DNA from: Lytechinus pictus
Taxonomy: Eukaryota
Direction of reading: 5' to 3'
DNA length: 64,000 nucleotides
NCBI RefSeq assembly: GCF_037042905.1
Contig: NC_087252.1
Location: 15,688,001 to 15,752,000 of the forward strand
The notes below the pieces were generated by a model. It made no database searches. It saw only the letters and a program-made list of their open reading frames with translations, and was not told the origin of the DNA. Shown here one piece after another: positions 25,489 to 38,695 of the stretch (within the stretch, counting starts at the first letter, position 1; every line of letters starts with the position of its first letter). A program made the position numbers and the translations under genes.

Positions 25489-25868
25489 TACCCCTTTCAT
25501 AAACCCAATTATGCGGCTAATAGCAGCATAATTTGGTCGTAAAATCGGAGGAGGACCAGAGTTACCCGCATTATTTTGATGCTGCAATTATCCGCATAAT
25601 AGCAGCATCGGGACAAGATTTTGAGTTTATGAACGTATTTCCAAATGATGCGGATAATTGCCATGGTGCGGTCACAAGGTCACCCTTTTCCAACACAACC
25701 GCATCGGAGGGGGCGTGTCCAGTTGTCATGACGATTATCCGCCTTTTTCAGGACGGGCGCTCGTAAAAATAATGCGGATAATTTTCGGAGTTTGTGAACG
25801 CAATTTTTATTGAATTATCCGCATTACTATTAGGCGGCTAATTGGAGGATAGGTTTATGAAAGGGGTA
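25489..25868. mobile_element. TIR MITE (TACCCCTTTCATAAACC termini), nested in an older CAGT-ended element
   Basis: Perfect 17-bp TIR with tca / tta flanks (TNA-type). The host (about 25345-25950) resembles the reverse complement of 52760-52919. Confidence 0.82.
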
Positions 25869-25989
25869 TTACTTTCCCTTTCCATTTCCTTCTTTTCCTG
25901 CTCTTTATTTTATTGGTCGTGAAATTCCCCGGCCCTCATCTGTATACCAGTGACAGTGACCTATGGCTCCTACTCCAAAGGTAGACCAT

Positions 25990-26464
25990 GGGTGGTTTCA
26001 GACCGCCTCGAAGTTTGTCAGTTCCAGGTATTCTCTGATCGGGAAATTTACCCCGATCAGAAAATACCAGGTATTTTGGTAATGTGAAAGCAAACTACGC
26101 GTAATTTCCCCGGAAGAAAATACCCGCTAAATAGTAGGTACTTGGCGAAATTACGAGAACTTTCGCGGGGATTTTTCCAAGGTCGCAGGTATTTTGGCGA
26201 TGTGAAAGCAAATTACGGGAACTTTTAGCCCAGCGTGTCGTTGGGTGCGGCGCCGTGGGTGGCTGCTGGGCTAGTGGTTTTGAATCTCGCGCCTTGCCTG
26301 CTTATTAGACCATACTGCGCATGCTCCTAACTTCAGGAATTTATCCCGAAGTGTATGTTTCGGGGCGGTCTGAATGCAGGAATAATTAATGGGTATTTTT
26401 TAGCCTAAAAATGTTCTCGTAATTTAACGGGGATTCTTGTGATCGAGGCGGTTTGAAACCACCT
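25990..26464. mobile_element. TIR element with 3-bp TSD (CAT)
   Basis: CAT|gggtggtttcagaccgcctcg ... cgaggcggtttgaaaccacct|CAT. Confidence 0.85.
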
Positions 26465-27181
26465 CATGGGTATTTGAAAGATGGGTCAGAAGGCTGAATG
26501 ATAACTGGAGACATCGTGGCCTTTGTTTTCATTAATTCATCCCTGTCAGTATTTGAAATGTGGTGAAACCGACATGGCAGCTATCAAAACAAACCAATTT
26601 TTCAGTGAATTCTACTACTAGACTGGAATCGTGATGTACGAAAGTGCTGAGAGAGAGAGAGAAAGCTGTGACTATTCAAAATTCAGACACCCAAATTCAC
26701 AAGGAATTTATTGTGGGGGGGGGGGAGACGGTGAAGATGATCTATTTCTGTAGGTCTTTTACAGTAGTGATCTGAAATGAAAAGTCCGATCCACGGAACA
26801 GTTTGGTAATCTCCTTATTGACAATATAATCATCGATCTTCAAATTACATACTAATTTTGTTCGACTTTGAAGGACATTGAGGTCCATGTAACAATCAAT
26901 GACGATCATCTAACTTTTATTCAGCCTACTTCTAACCACCAGATAAAACCAGACCATCTATTAAATGTTTATCACCAGATAAAACCCAGATCATCTAACG
27001 CTAATCACTGGATAAACCCTTCACGTGAAAGGAGATAAACGGCGGAAACACGTTTTAAGTTGTCGTCAATCTTAGGATAATGTGAAGAGGATTGATTGGG
27101 AGAGAAGATTGGATGGGAGATTATGTTGGTATCAGTTGCTTATTTTTAACAAGGCACAAAGTGGACATGATACCAGTGCCA

Positions 27182-27708
27182 CACTGTAAAAAAATGGGCC
27201 TTCTCCTACAGAGAGTTGCGATTGATCCGATCAACCACAACTATGGAAAGCCAGCAATGTCAAGATCTAAAATTCATGTTCAAAATATTTTCTTGATACG
27301 TGTTTGCTGTTTATTCAGACGTTCATCAATTTCTTGAAATTCAGGGTGCTCCTCTTTTTGTTCTCAAAGGACTTTGTGCAAATTTCCTGTTGAAAATATT
27401 ATGACATTGTTGGATGTCCATAAAGTTGATGTTGATTGGATCAATCGGAACTCTTTGTAAGGCGGGGTCCTGGTGTGTTAAAAGTTGACACCAGTTGGTG
27501 TCCCTAGAGGACCACACCAGAGGTGTTAGAATTACACTTATTATAGAGATTGAACATAGCACCAAAGGGTGTAAAACTTACAACCAAAGGTTTATAATAA
27601 TAACATCCATAAATGTTGAACTACATGTAGCACCACACATTCAACACCGGAGTAAAATGTCTTGTGTGGTACTTTATGTACACCAGTAAAACTGCAGGTT
27701 TTTCTGTA
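27182..27708 (+). mobile_element. ACACC-rich MITE interrupted by a Harbinger-like GGCCC-TCTTACAAAG MITE (about 27197-27469)
   Basis: cactgtaaaaaaa [gggcc...tttgtaaggcggggtc] ctg gtgtgttaaaagttgacacc. The insertion sits at the CTG that is uninterrupted in other copies. Confidence 0.8.
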
Positions 27709-30700
27709 TACTAGCACCAGATGTCAATGTAGGTCTTGTCAGAAAAAGGATTTAATTGATTATCAAAGTTTGCAGACCCAAACCAAAACTATTGAAAATA
27801 TAAGACTGTGCATGTGGACCGTGGCTGTTAATTTTTAAATGTATACTCTTTTCTGTTCTTTCTTTAATCTCTTAAATCTAAATAAATGAAACTTATTAAT
27901 CAATCAAATTCTATTCATAGCAATTCAATGCTGATGCTGATGAATATTGAATACTTGTCGAAAACGATGCATAGCCTGAAAGGGCATGATCTCCTTAAGT
28001 AATTGTGTTGCATTAAATAGCCGAAAACAGGAGGAGAAATTGAGGATTAGTGTTTTCGAGAGCTATCCTCACGGCCTTTACATGGACGCAACTGTAAGCC
28101 GTAGATCCGATTATATTCCCTGAGACCGCCCTGTATTGCCCTGCTCTCTTAAATTGTGTGAGTACATGTAGGTCTATAGGGGATATATATATATGTATAT
28201 ATATTCAATTGGAACATACATGTAGATCACGGTAGAGCGGAATGATAAGGAAAGGTACTAGAAAGGAGAGAATATGTGCTATTCTAAAGAGCAAGGTTAC
28301 TTCCTTTGTGAACGATGGAAACTGGTTTTTGTTGCCATGGTAATCTAGCTATTCATGCTCCAGGTATAAGGAAAGGCTTCAAGGTGTATAGAAATGCCCT
28401 TCAGAATATCGAATGTTAAAAGAGTTATTTTACATCGATAGTGATGGGAGTCATAAATTGTAAAGATTTTGGTTTTCTTAAACCAGGTCGGATTTGTAGA
28501 TTTGCATGTAGGCAGTATGCAATATAATTATTCATCATATTATTACCAGTGACAAGCACACTGCATCCTTTATATACATTAGGGATATGTATATGTAAGC
28601 CTATAATAGTTCATTTATCACATCACTTTTCCCTACGTGTATTAAAAATAATAAGTTGTATTTATTTTTTGTTAAAGTGCTCAGTTAACATAGGATTAAA
28701 CAAACCCAGGATCCACTGTTTCGAAGACTTGAATCTGAACCACTAGACCAAGATGCACCTATATTGTATCAACTCTACAGTGTGATTGCCAGTTTTATTA
28801 TTACTAAATGAGACGTATTGCCTGTTAAAAAATACAGTTATCTCTCGGTAGTTATCTCATGCTTCCTCCTGTATTGCACTCCCAAAATACAGCTACCAAT
28901 ATGGGATGCCATATCATAAATTTCCTCCCATTTCATTTAGCGGCCAATATATAATATATACGCATGGCCGAAATGAATTGAAATTTCTTCTTTTTAATAA
29001 AGGATGCAGGAGGGATAATAAAAAGAGAGAAGGGGACGGATTGATGGAGCCTCAAAAGTAGAATATATGATATTATTTATGCACACAGTGCCACAGGAGC
29101 GCCTCTCATAATTCAATACAATCGTTGAACTTTATTTGGATTCCCCCTCTGCTCTGTTTGTTTCAGTCTCTTTATGTCAGGATACATTACTCTCTTCTTC
29201 CTATGGAAGAAAAATATTTATACATTTCCCTCCTGCCCGTAATTATTTTTTTGTTTTTTGCATCAGGTGAAATACTGCAGGGGTATTTGATTTGGTTGTT
29301 GTTTTTCCGTCTGTTTAAGTATTTGCGTAGGCCTGTTTTTATTTTGTAATATGGGATTTTATTCTTTTTTTCTTCAGCAATGGGAAACAAAATATGAAAC
29401 ATATGGCAGTTAGCAACGTGACAAGTCATGTCCACTTGTTTCTCCCGTATTATTTTGTACTGGAGGCTACCCGTCTCCTCCATACTACTAGTTAGATTGA
29501 AAGGTCGTTATTTTTAGATTAATATCATTATTATCTTTATATTAATGAAGTAGGCCTATACCTGGTTAGTCTTAATTCAATTTGGAAACAAATCTTATTG
29601 AATCGAATAAGCATGCCCCCAATGGACGGCTTGTAGTCATTTCTGCTTTCGCATTTCATGTAGAGTCAATGTTCTTTCTCTCCTTTTTCGGATTAAAATT
29701 AGATTTTGACAAATATATCTCATGTTGTCTAATAGTGCATTGACCTTCTTTTGATCCATGTGCACAATTGATTTCCATGAAAATTGTCCACAGCTGAAAA
29801 TGCTGTCTTGTGAAAATGTCAATTTAGCAGGTGGGGTCGAACTGAGGTGAGATACCACGCACACACTTTATTTAAGTGCTGAAATTGATGAGCACAAAAA
29901 AAAAGAAAATTGGATTTAGAATGTTAACCTAAATTTTCATCCAGATTCCAAGAGATAGTTGATAAGGGGGAAAAAAAAATCAAATTTTCATTTTCTGTGA
30001 ACACTTTGATAACTTTGCTTTATTGCAAAAAGACATTGACATTTGGCAGTCAATATTTATTGAGGTTTTATTATTGTCCGGTGAAGGAGAAAAGGTTAGC
30101 ACAGTCAATATTGGTGGTGGTAGGATTTTTTTTATATGTATCCTGTTTGTAGATATTATTTATTATTCATCAAAGCGGGGTTTAACAAGTTGAAGATTTT
30201 GTTTGTTTACTCTAAGGAGACTGCGATCTATCTCCAGCTCCGATATTAGCCACATAAATTGACTTCAAAGTCAAGGCAGGGTAAGGTTCATGTCAGTTTT
30301 ATAGGTATCGTTACCGAGGGAAGTCGGTTTGCCGGAGAGCCTGATAGAATGTCCAAGTGATCTCGAAGGAGACCTAATAAAAATGACTCAAGTATTTATG
30401 AAAAGAGATATGTTTATGTCTCGTTGAGTTTTAAGAGGGGGTAATATAATATTGGGACGTTGGTGGAAGGAGTTCCCGTCGTGGATCGGCCGGCCGAGAG
30501 ATGCCAGGCGGATAGGAACAACTTCTCGGGGGAAAGAAAGTGGTTTTGTAACTCAATTTGTCAGGAGTATGTTACTAGCTGCTTGACTGTTCGCTAGCAT
30601 GTTTAGTTAAATGGTGTTGGGTTTTGTTGGAGGGGGCCCGGAGTTGCTGATTTGCTGATTATGATGACGTTATAGTGATTCCCCAGGGGAATATGTGTCA

Positions 30701-31704
30701 TCCTTTTGTTTAATGTGACGAAAGAGGTTTTTCCCTGTCTATTTTAAGAACCTGTGTGATTAATACATGTTGCCCTGTTTCAAAACTATCTTCTTGTAAT
30801 CTCTGATTGGGAAGACCACGCATATATATTGCATTTCGTAATTAATTCCCAAGCAACTTTTCGCAAATATCCTATCCCTTATTTCAATAGGATTGGTTAT
30901 CAAATAATCGCTAGCCTTTTTTTTTATAGAAGATGCTATTTAAGCTTGACTGGTACATGCAGTCTGCAATATTAAACTCGAACAAAATTACAGTACCTCT
31001 ACATACCACTTGACATGACTTATAGGTTACATCAATTCACAATTTGGAAAGCTTGTATTACATTTTCAGCTTTAAACTTATAGGATATAGTGGCCCATTG
31101 CGTAATATGAAACAAGACTGAACGCTTTTGTTATTCTTTAAATGGGATAACAAGCATATTTTAAAATAAAATCTGAATAATTGTGCTCATCTCTCAGTAA
31201 TTTAAAAAGCACTCTATTGGTTTACGACCAATGACCTTTTCTTGCTCATGTGCAAATTGTAATCACGAAATTGCTAATTGGTAAGGAGTAATGTTGATGG
31301 AAGCTTTTCATTTGTTACCTTGCTATATTCAAGTTGAGTGTGTTGATAGAAAGGTCATTGGCTGGAAGCGCATGTTTGGTCATCTTTGGTGCAAGATCAA
31401 TGGCCCTCTTTTTTTATCAAGTTTCCTATCTCTTCATCTCTTCAACGTTGAACTTCGTGTGGTTTTATATTATGACTTCATTTCTGGAAACTTGTTAAAT
31501 GCCCTAGTCCACCAACTGATATGGTGAAGGTTTACAGCCCAAACAAACCCTTGAAAGCAAAATAAACTGCAGTGCAGACATTAGTCTGACAAACTATAGT
31601 AAACAGAACTCCTGATAAATGATCATTGGTAGGCAAACAAACCATGAACTTGAAATATCAGGTCATTTTTGAAGTCAAACTTCTGCAAGGGTCCGCCACT
31701 ATGT

Positions 31705-32115
31705 CTCGCCCCTTTCCCTCTTGCCCCCCCCCCCCCCCGCTCTCTCTCACTCTCTCCCCCCTTCCCCTCCCCCTTTCTTTCTCCCTTGGTTTCCCCTATC
31801 TGTATCCTTATCTCCCCTCCCTCCCTCTCTCTCTTTCTCTTTTTTGCCTATTTTCTCTACTCCCTTTTGTCTCATTTTCCTCTCCCCTCCTCTCCCTCTC
31901 CCTCTCCCTCCCTGCCCCCCTTTCTTTTCCCTCTCTCTCTCCCCTCTGTCTCCTCCCAAGGAGCTTTCAACTGTTGAAAGCTCCTTGCTCCTCCTCTCTC
32001 CCCTCTTCTCCCCCCTCTCCACCTCCAATCCCTCAGCTCTCCCCTCCCCCGCTGGCTCCCCCTCCCTCCCTGTCTCTTCCCCTCTCTCTCTCTCTTTCTT
32101 GTGCCTTTTTTCTCT
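31705..32115. repeat. Polypyrimidine low-complexity tract
   Basis: About 400 bp that is almost entirely C/T on the + strand. Confidence 0.92.
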
Positions 32116-32380
32116 ACTTATCCCTATATCACCCCCATTCTATGGATCTCCAGTGAAGGTTGTAGCAATTGTCAAGTTCAGTATCGGCCAAAGTGCTTTA
32201 GGCTTGCTCAATCCCAGACGACAATATTCGGTCAAAACATGGCGTCATTTCTGTCTGCTGGTTATTACCTCCAAACCCCATGTCGGTGCCCCGGCTTTTT
32301 TGTTTATTAATCCTCCCATCTTCCTCTTCTGTCTCCCCCATCCCAATCTGAAAGGAGTTTCTTCTCTTTCCTGAGTTGAT

Positions 32381-33029
32381 CTGGGTCCGGTCTTACAAAG
32401 ATCTATGATTGATCCTGTCATATGGAAATCCATCAATGTCATAATTTTCTCTCCAGGAAATTTGCCCAATGTCCTTTTGTTAATGAAGAGGAGTATACTG
32501 AATTGTCAAGAAAACATTTGGGCCCCCTGTCTTACAAATAGTTGCGATTGATCCGATCAATCACAACTATGGACGGCCAGCAATTTCAACATGTAAAATG
32601 CTTGTTTGAATGAATGTTTATCCATAAATTCATTGATTTCTTGACAATTTGGTGTGTTCTCCTTTGCTTACAAAGGACGTTTTACAAATTTCCTGTAGAA
32701 GAAATTATGACACTGATGGATTTCCATGAGTTACAATTGATTGGATCGATCGTAACTCTTTGTAAGACAGGGCCCTGATGTATGAATAATGAATATAGGC
32801 TTACATTATTTCTAGAGAATATTTTGAACAAACATGCATCTTAGACATTGACATTGCTTATACCTTGGTCACATTTGTTCTACGGCGAGTCGAAAACAGC
32901 CGTTTTAACATTTTTGTGTGTACCATCTACATAATTGGTTTGAATAAAAATGAATAAAACAACTGTTTTCGACTCGCTGTACAGCCGTCGTAGAACAAAT
33001 GTGACCAAGGTATTAAGATGGGGGCCCTG
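32381..33029. mobile_element. Triple-nested Harbinger-like MITE cluster
   Basis: An outer GGCCC-TCTTACAAAG copy contains an inverted copy of itself (about 32520-32777) and a palindromic TTA|TACCTTGGTCACATTTG...CAAATGTGACCAAGGTA|TTA element (32861-33012). Confidence 0.8.
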
Positions 33030-33806
33030 TTAGGATGCTTCTTGTTCAAAGACAATAGAGGCTTTGATGCTTTGACAAACCATGAAAACACTGATCAAAC
33101 GCTGGATCATAAACTGAGCACTGGCAGGTCAGTCTGTGCATGCTGTGTTTACATGCATTTAGGAAGTTGTTTATTTGGTTTAGGCCAAACGCATATTTCA
33201 TCCTTGGTGCAGAATACAGGTCGAGTTTAAGGGTAGAACCGAAGAAAATAATATAAGAAGCTTCTGCAATCTTCCACAACTGGGCGTTGTAGCCTGGACT
33301 CCAATCTACATTATGGCAGTTAACAAATTCAGGCAGAGGTGTTGCTGATCTTCAACATGAGAATTTTTCACCTCTAATATGAGGAATGAATGAAAAAACC
33401 ATCACTGCTAAGTTTCGACCATCATCCAAACTTTTCCCAAAGTCCATCACAGTTTTGAACTTCAAAATGGAGACACATATTTCCTGTAAAGCCAACGCTA
33501 CTGTCCAAATACCTACATGTACTTACTCTGGAATGGCAGAAGGTATTTATATTCCATCATGGGAAAGTCACTCTTGTTGATGTTTCACTCTAACCCAGCA
33601 GAGATTGGATTTTGAGGAGAAAGAGTATTTAAAATAAAGGGAATTCCACTTAAATAAAAATGGAGGAGTTGTGCTTGAGAATGACATTTTGGCTATCCCC
33701 TCGTTGTTAGGCCCAATACATAGGCCTATTCATTGCACATTTAGATGTATTTATCTATTGTATTCGAACATGTGTATGAAAGATGATGACTTTGTTTCAG
33801 AAAGAT

Positions 33807-33963
33807 CAGGGGACCATTTTGTTAACGTTTTCCGTCTGACATAGTTGTCAGATCTGACAACTTTTCTTGATTTTGATTGGCTTAGAGGCACAGTTCCTAT
33901 GATAATTGTACGGTAATACAGACTTGTTGTATAAAACAACTCCTTAAAAAAAACTCTCCCCAG
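33807..33963. mobile_element. Decayed copy of the 21-178 MITE
   Basis: Shares agttgtcagatctgaca...ttttgattggc..agaggcac. Confidence 0.7.
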
Positions 33964-36900
33964 ATCCAAGACACTCTCTCAAGCATAGCATCGTCTCTAT
34001 GGAAACTTATCAAAAGTCTCCTGAACTTGTTACAGCTCAAACAATGTCCCTGGATGCTATAATATCGGCCTTTTTTGTGTCCAATGCCATGAAGGTTCTG
34101 TATAACAGGCTTTATACACATCATACCACTGTTGGCAGGATTGATGGAGTTAACATGCTGCCGAGACCTTGTCAATATCTTGCTCTTCTCTCCTTACCAT
34201 CTAAATCCTTTGCATCTGATTGGCTGATCCAGTGAGGTCGTAGGTTAATCTTTGGCTGCGGACATTCACTTAGGATGGTTAGGGTCTAGGTAATCTTGAC
34301 TTCCCACCCCTATTCTTCAAGATTTAACCTCAAGGCCAAGTACTTCAAGCAGTTTCCATTTTCTCTCTTTTTCTTCTGATGGCAGCCCTGTGTTTCTGTA
34401 TTGTTTCTTCTTTTGGACATCACCCCCCTCCCTTTTATCTGTAAGTACCCCCCCAATAAGAAAGTTGTTAGTTACTTTTACTAAACCCCTCTTTATCTTT
34501 AGTTACTGTTACTGAACCTCTATTTATCTTTTGGTGTCCCCCCACCCCCCCCCCCCAAAAAAAAGTGTTGGTTACTATTTCATTGTAGGTCGATTACTTT
34601 ATTAAAAATAAAAAGTGTTTGTCCTAAAACTGTTAGGAGGTGGGTATGTGATGTGAAATAAAAGCATATTTTACTGGATTTTTTTTTTTGGGGGGGGGGG
34701 TGGGCGGTTGTCAATTTTCTGGAATTTTACTGAATTTTTTTGCAGTTACTTTGAGAGACTAGCATAAGGAGAATTGTGGCCAACCTAAATGGTCTTTTGA
34801 CTAGCCAATTTCCTCTTTATGGAAAATGGGTACAAAATAGACCCAAAAAATCACTTTTATGAATTTATCGAAATGGAGCTATGTATACCCATGGCCCTCT
34901 TAAGGCTAATTTCTTAAGTGAGTAGAGAGAGAGAGCTTAGTTAGTCTCCTAGGAATGTTTAAGAGCCTTGCACTGTTTATAGGTCAAAGATTTTAATCGG
35001 TAAGTGAAATGTGAGTGTGGCAACATGGTAAAGTGGTCAGGAAGGGCGGGTGTGAGGAGGTGACTATAGGGCTGCAAGAACGAGACACATTACAATGTAG
35101 TTGATGATATTTATTGTATATCTTGAATAGACACTGAACAACTTTTACTACATTTGTAGTACAAGTACAACACTTTTTTTTTGGGGGGGGTGATAAAATA
35201 GTAACTGTAAAATGAGCAGGAACGTGGTATACAGGAATAATTCAAATTATTAAAATCCCAAGAGTCTATAAAGGAAATGGAATTCAAGCACTATCAAAAA
35301 CTTGATTAATTGATTAATTTATTCCTTAATTAGTGTGAATGCCTCTAACTAAGCAAGCTGAGATGAACCTTCGATAATTTGCACTATCGAATTGTTGTAA
35401 ATCAGTAAAAATAATGATTATTTGTCAATTTCAAATGTCCCTTAGTTTTAATCTGATGGTATTAAATAAAAAAAAGGAGAGAAAATGTTTCAATTCTGCA
35501 AACGTTTGGCTGACATGTAATATTTAGGTGAAGATAGGTGAAGATCATTTAGTTTGTGTTTTCACTGCATTATTTTGTAAATGTGGCTTAACACCTGATA
35601 TGCATGGAACGAGCACCATGACTGGGTAACCTTCATCGGTGATGTTCCACCATGCATGTATGGCTGCGCGTGATTGGATATGTCGTTTGATAGCCTGGTG
35701 ATGTCTTGGCAGCGCTCTGTCGGGTGATCTGTTGGGGTAATTATCTGCCAATTAGGCAAGGCCACAGCTGAATGGTGTCCAAAATAACTCTACCGAGAAG
35801 TAACCAAGTTTTAAATGAAAACAATGTGGAGGCAACAGACAAATGTACTCTTTTCCGGTTGTGGTAAGGAATAGCATAGACAAAACCTGGACATTATTTG
35901 TTTTATTGTTAACCTTCATTAAGGTTTAAATCTTTATAGTCAATAGCATTTCAGGTGTCAACATTTATAAAGAAATGCAGTGAAAACTCAAAACTATAAC
36001 ATGATACAGCATCTTCACCCAAACGTTACATGTATCAAAAAGCTGAAGTTACGGTAAAGGGTCAGTACTCAGTAATCTCAAGTATAATCAAGTATCGTCT
36101 AAAATGCAGATCGATAAGTGGAGTTGGTGTTTATATTCTGTCAACCTATTCACCATGAAAGTTTCAAACATTCAAATTTAGATATATCTAGTGCCTTCCC
36201 TTGGCGATGTTTTATTTTTTTTGTATAAAAATGCTCTTTTCATAGGCCTACTTATTTTACAAATTAACTTAGTAGATGCCAGAAAACTACAGGTACAAGG
36301 CAAAGATTATATTAACCTACTTAGCTCCATGACATTAGAAATATTCTGTGAAAAAAATGCTTGTTGTTCCACGATTGCATTTATAGGCCTACATTATGTA
36401 TTTACTGTAGTTACCTAAAGGCAAGGCAAGAACAGGAATGAGTGAGTTTTCACACACTGTCTATAAGTAATAAGTAGAGGAGTAAATAATTGTTCCCCAC
36501 GTTGGAATGGCATTTGTGTTGTCATAATGCCATCTGGTACATGGGTTCGTTAAATCGTCCCCATGATCTTAAAACAAGGCAGGTATACCAATTAATTAAT
36601 TTCAGGCCACGTAGCCAGCACATTTGATTTACGTCAAAGTCGAGGCATCTCCTCCTCATGCATTCTTAATGTAACTACTTTCCCAGAATGAGAACATTAT
36701 CGATATCTATCTCTCTTTTTCTCCTTGAATTTTATGGCTCTTCCAGCATCAACTTTTTTTCTGGATGTTTAAATTATTTTTCTGCTTTACATTGATATTT
36801 CCAGTGGGAACATTGTAATTATGATAATCCATACAGCGCAATAATTATATCGGTATTTTCTCTAGCACTGCAGGAGCTCTCAGCTGCTGTGATATTCTAA

Positions 36901-38360
36901 ACTAACAAATGAGTTTTTGATTTTGATTTGAAATTCTCTAACGATGATATTTGTCTCATTTTACAATCTGGGGAATATTGAGATTATTAAGAACACAAAG
37001 CTTCTTTATCATTTTGCAAAATTGTTTATTGATCGATTTATCCACACATGCATTAATGTAACTATTTACTCTATAAAGCATTTGGCTCAAGGCAATTCAT
37101 TTAGTTCATTTGATCAAATACAAAGCAATTATATACAAAAATGTAGCAGGGGGATTACAATGAACTCCTATGGCTTGCAAAATAGTTATTCACCTTGACA
37201 AGACATACAAAATTGTGAATCAAGAAAAGTTCTTGCAAGAATCAATTCTGCAATATGTCGATTACAGACAACTATGAACAACAAGAGAAATAGCACCAAA
37301 TAACCTCTAAAATCAATACGCAAGTAACATATTTTAAAAATATTTTGAAGAGATTAGAAGGCATACTTTGAATGCATGTTTATTTAGATGCAAGAGCATT
37401 TGGTAACTAAATACATTAAGAGATTATGGAGCTGTGTGGCATTCATTTATTTTGTATAATATCTTTATTTCTTGGGGATTAACTTTTGAATTGCAAAGCT
37501 CTGTACTTGAATCATGCAAGATGAATGCCCGCCTGGTTTATATCTTGCCGTGATGTTTTCAAATAATAAAACCTTTAATGATTATAACAAAAGGTTGATT
37601 TATGTGTGTTGAGCGTGCATGATGAGGATGTGTGCTGCGGACAGATGGCTGGCTCATCCTCGGCTCTTACCTATCCATCCTTATTGATTTCTGAAATCCT
37701 TACCCCCCATCATTGTCAAATTGGCAACCTTAAGACGCAGAGAAAGCCTGAATCTTTGTGAATTGAATTGGCTACTCATAAATCATGTGTATTCATAATG
37801 AATACATCGAGCTTGCCCGTCTGCTCTTGTTTTAGTAGGCAGATTATATGAGGGGGAATTATAATCCACATACAATGAAATATCATTAACAAAACTATTG
37901 ACCACTTGCATAGTATAATAGTTCTGACTTTTTTATCTTATATATTTTATGTATTTTCTATTATTCCTTTTAAATAATAATATTGGGTTCATTTATAACG
38001 TAAAGTTAATACATTGCAAAATAGTATGTCCCATTTTACATATATATAGTAAGGTAAGAATATTGAAAATTAGATTTTAAAAAGGAGATACAAACTAGTT
38101 GGACACCAATTTTATTGCATTAATACTCTAGTTATCAAATAAAATTTCCTGTATTATATTTGTGTTACCACAACCTCCACTCCCTGGGGAGTATTCCAGC
38201 TAGTCACCATTGAGGTGCACACATTACTGGACAAGCTACAATCACTTTCCCATATTCTTCCAATTACCTCTGAAGTGTACGGGTATGAATATTATCATTT
38301 GTCTGATGTGTTTGTCTTAAATGATGGTTTCTGATTTTTATATATTTCCCCTATTTACAG

Positions 38361-38494
38361 TTGTGTCACCCGGTAGACGTACGGAAGAATCCGCCCCTAC
38401 GATTACGGAACAACCAAAGAGTCTGATCGTGATAAGAGGCGACCCGGCGTCATTTAACTGCAAAGCCGAGGGAAGACCGGAACCTACGATTTCA
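38361..38494 (+). CDS. robo: Roundabout-family receptor exon: N-terminal half of Ig1
   Basis: Acceptor tttcccctatttacAG ends at 38360; donor TCA|GTGAGT at 38495. Phase 1 in, phase 0 out. Encodes [44 protein letters not shown], matching the Robo Ig1 pattern P-x-I-x-E-x-P...[18 protein letters not shown]. Confidence 0.93.
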
Positions 38495-38552
38495 GTGAGT
38501 ATCACTCACCTCATGCCATACACAGATATATACATGTGGGAATGCAGGATAT

Positions 38553-38695
38553 TATTTGCCACTCTCCACCCAGGTGTAGTAGATGGGTACCCGGTCGTAA
38601 GGAATCCCTTGAATGCTGGAAACCCCCCCCCCCCCCCCGATCAGAGTAGCTTTGCTGAAGTTGGGGTGAAAGTATGCAGCAAGTATAAACATTGT
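38553..38695 (+). mobile_element. 5'-truncated SINE fragment
   Basis: tttgccactctccacccaggtg...atgggtaccc core, as in the SINE at 54622. Confidence 0.65.

Noticed and set aside
27930..27976. Hammerhead-like CTGATGA...GAAA
   Set aside because: Stem II does not pair and there is no proper stem III/NUH. The CTGATGAG at 18454 lacks GAAA.
29240..29290. Acceptor tttttgcatcAG followed by GTGAAA
   Set aside because: Weak donor and no frame-compatible exon; expected by chance in T-rich introns.
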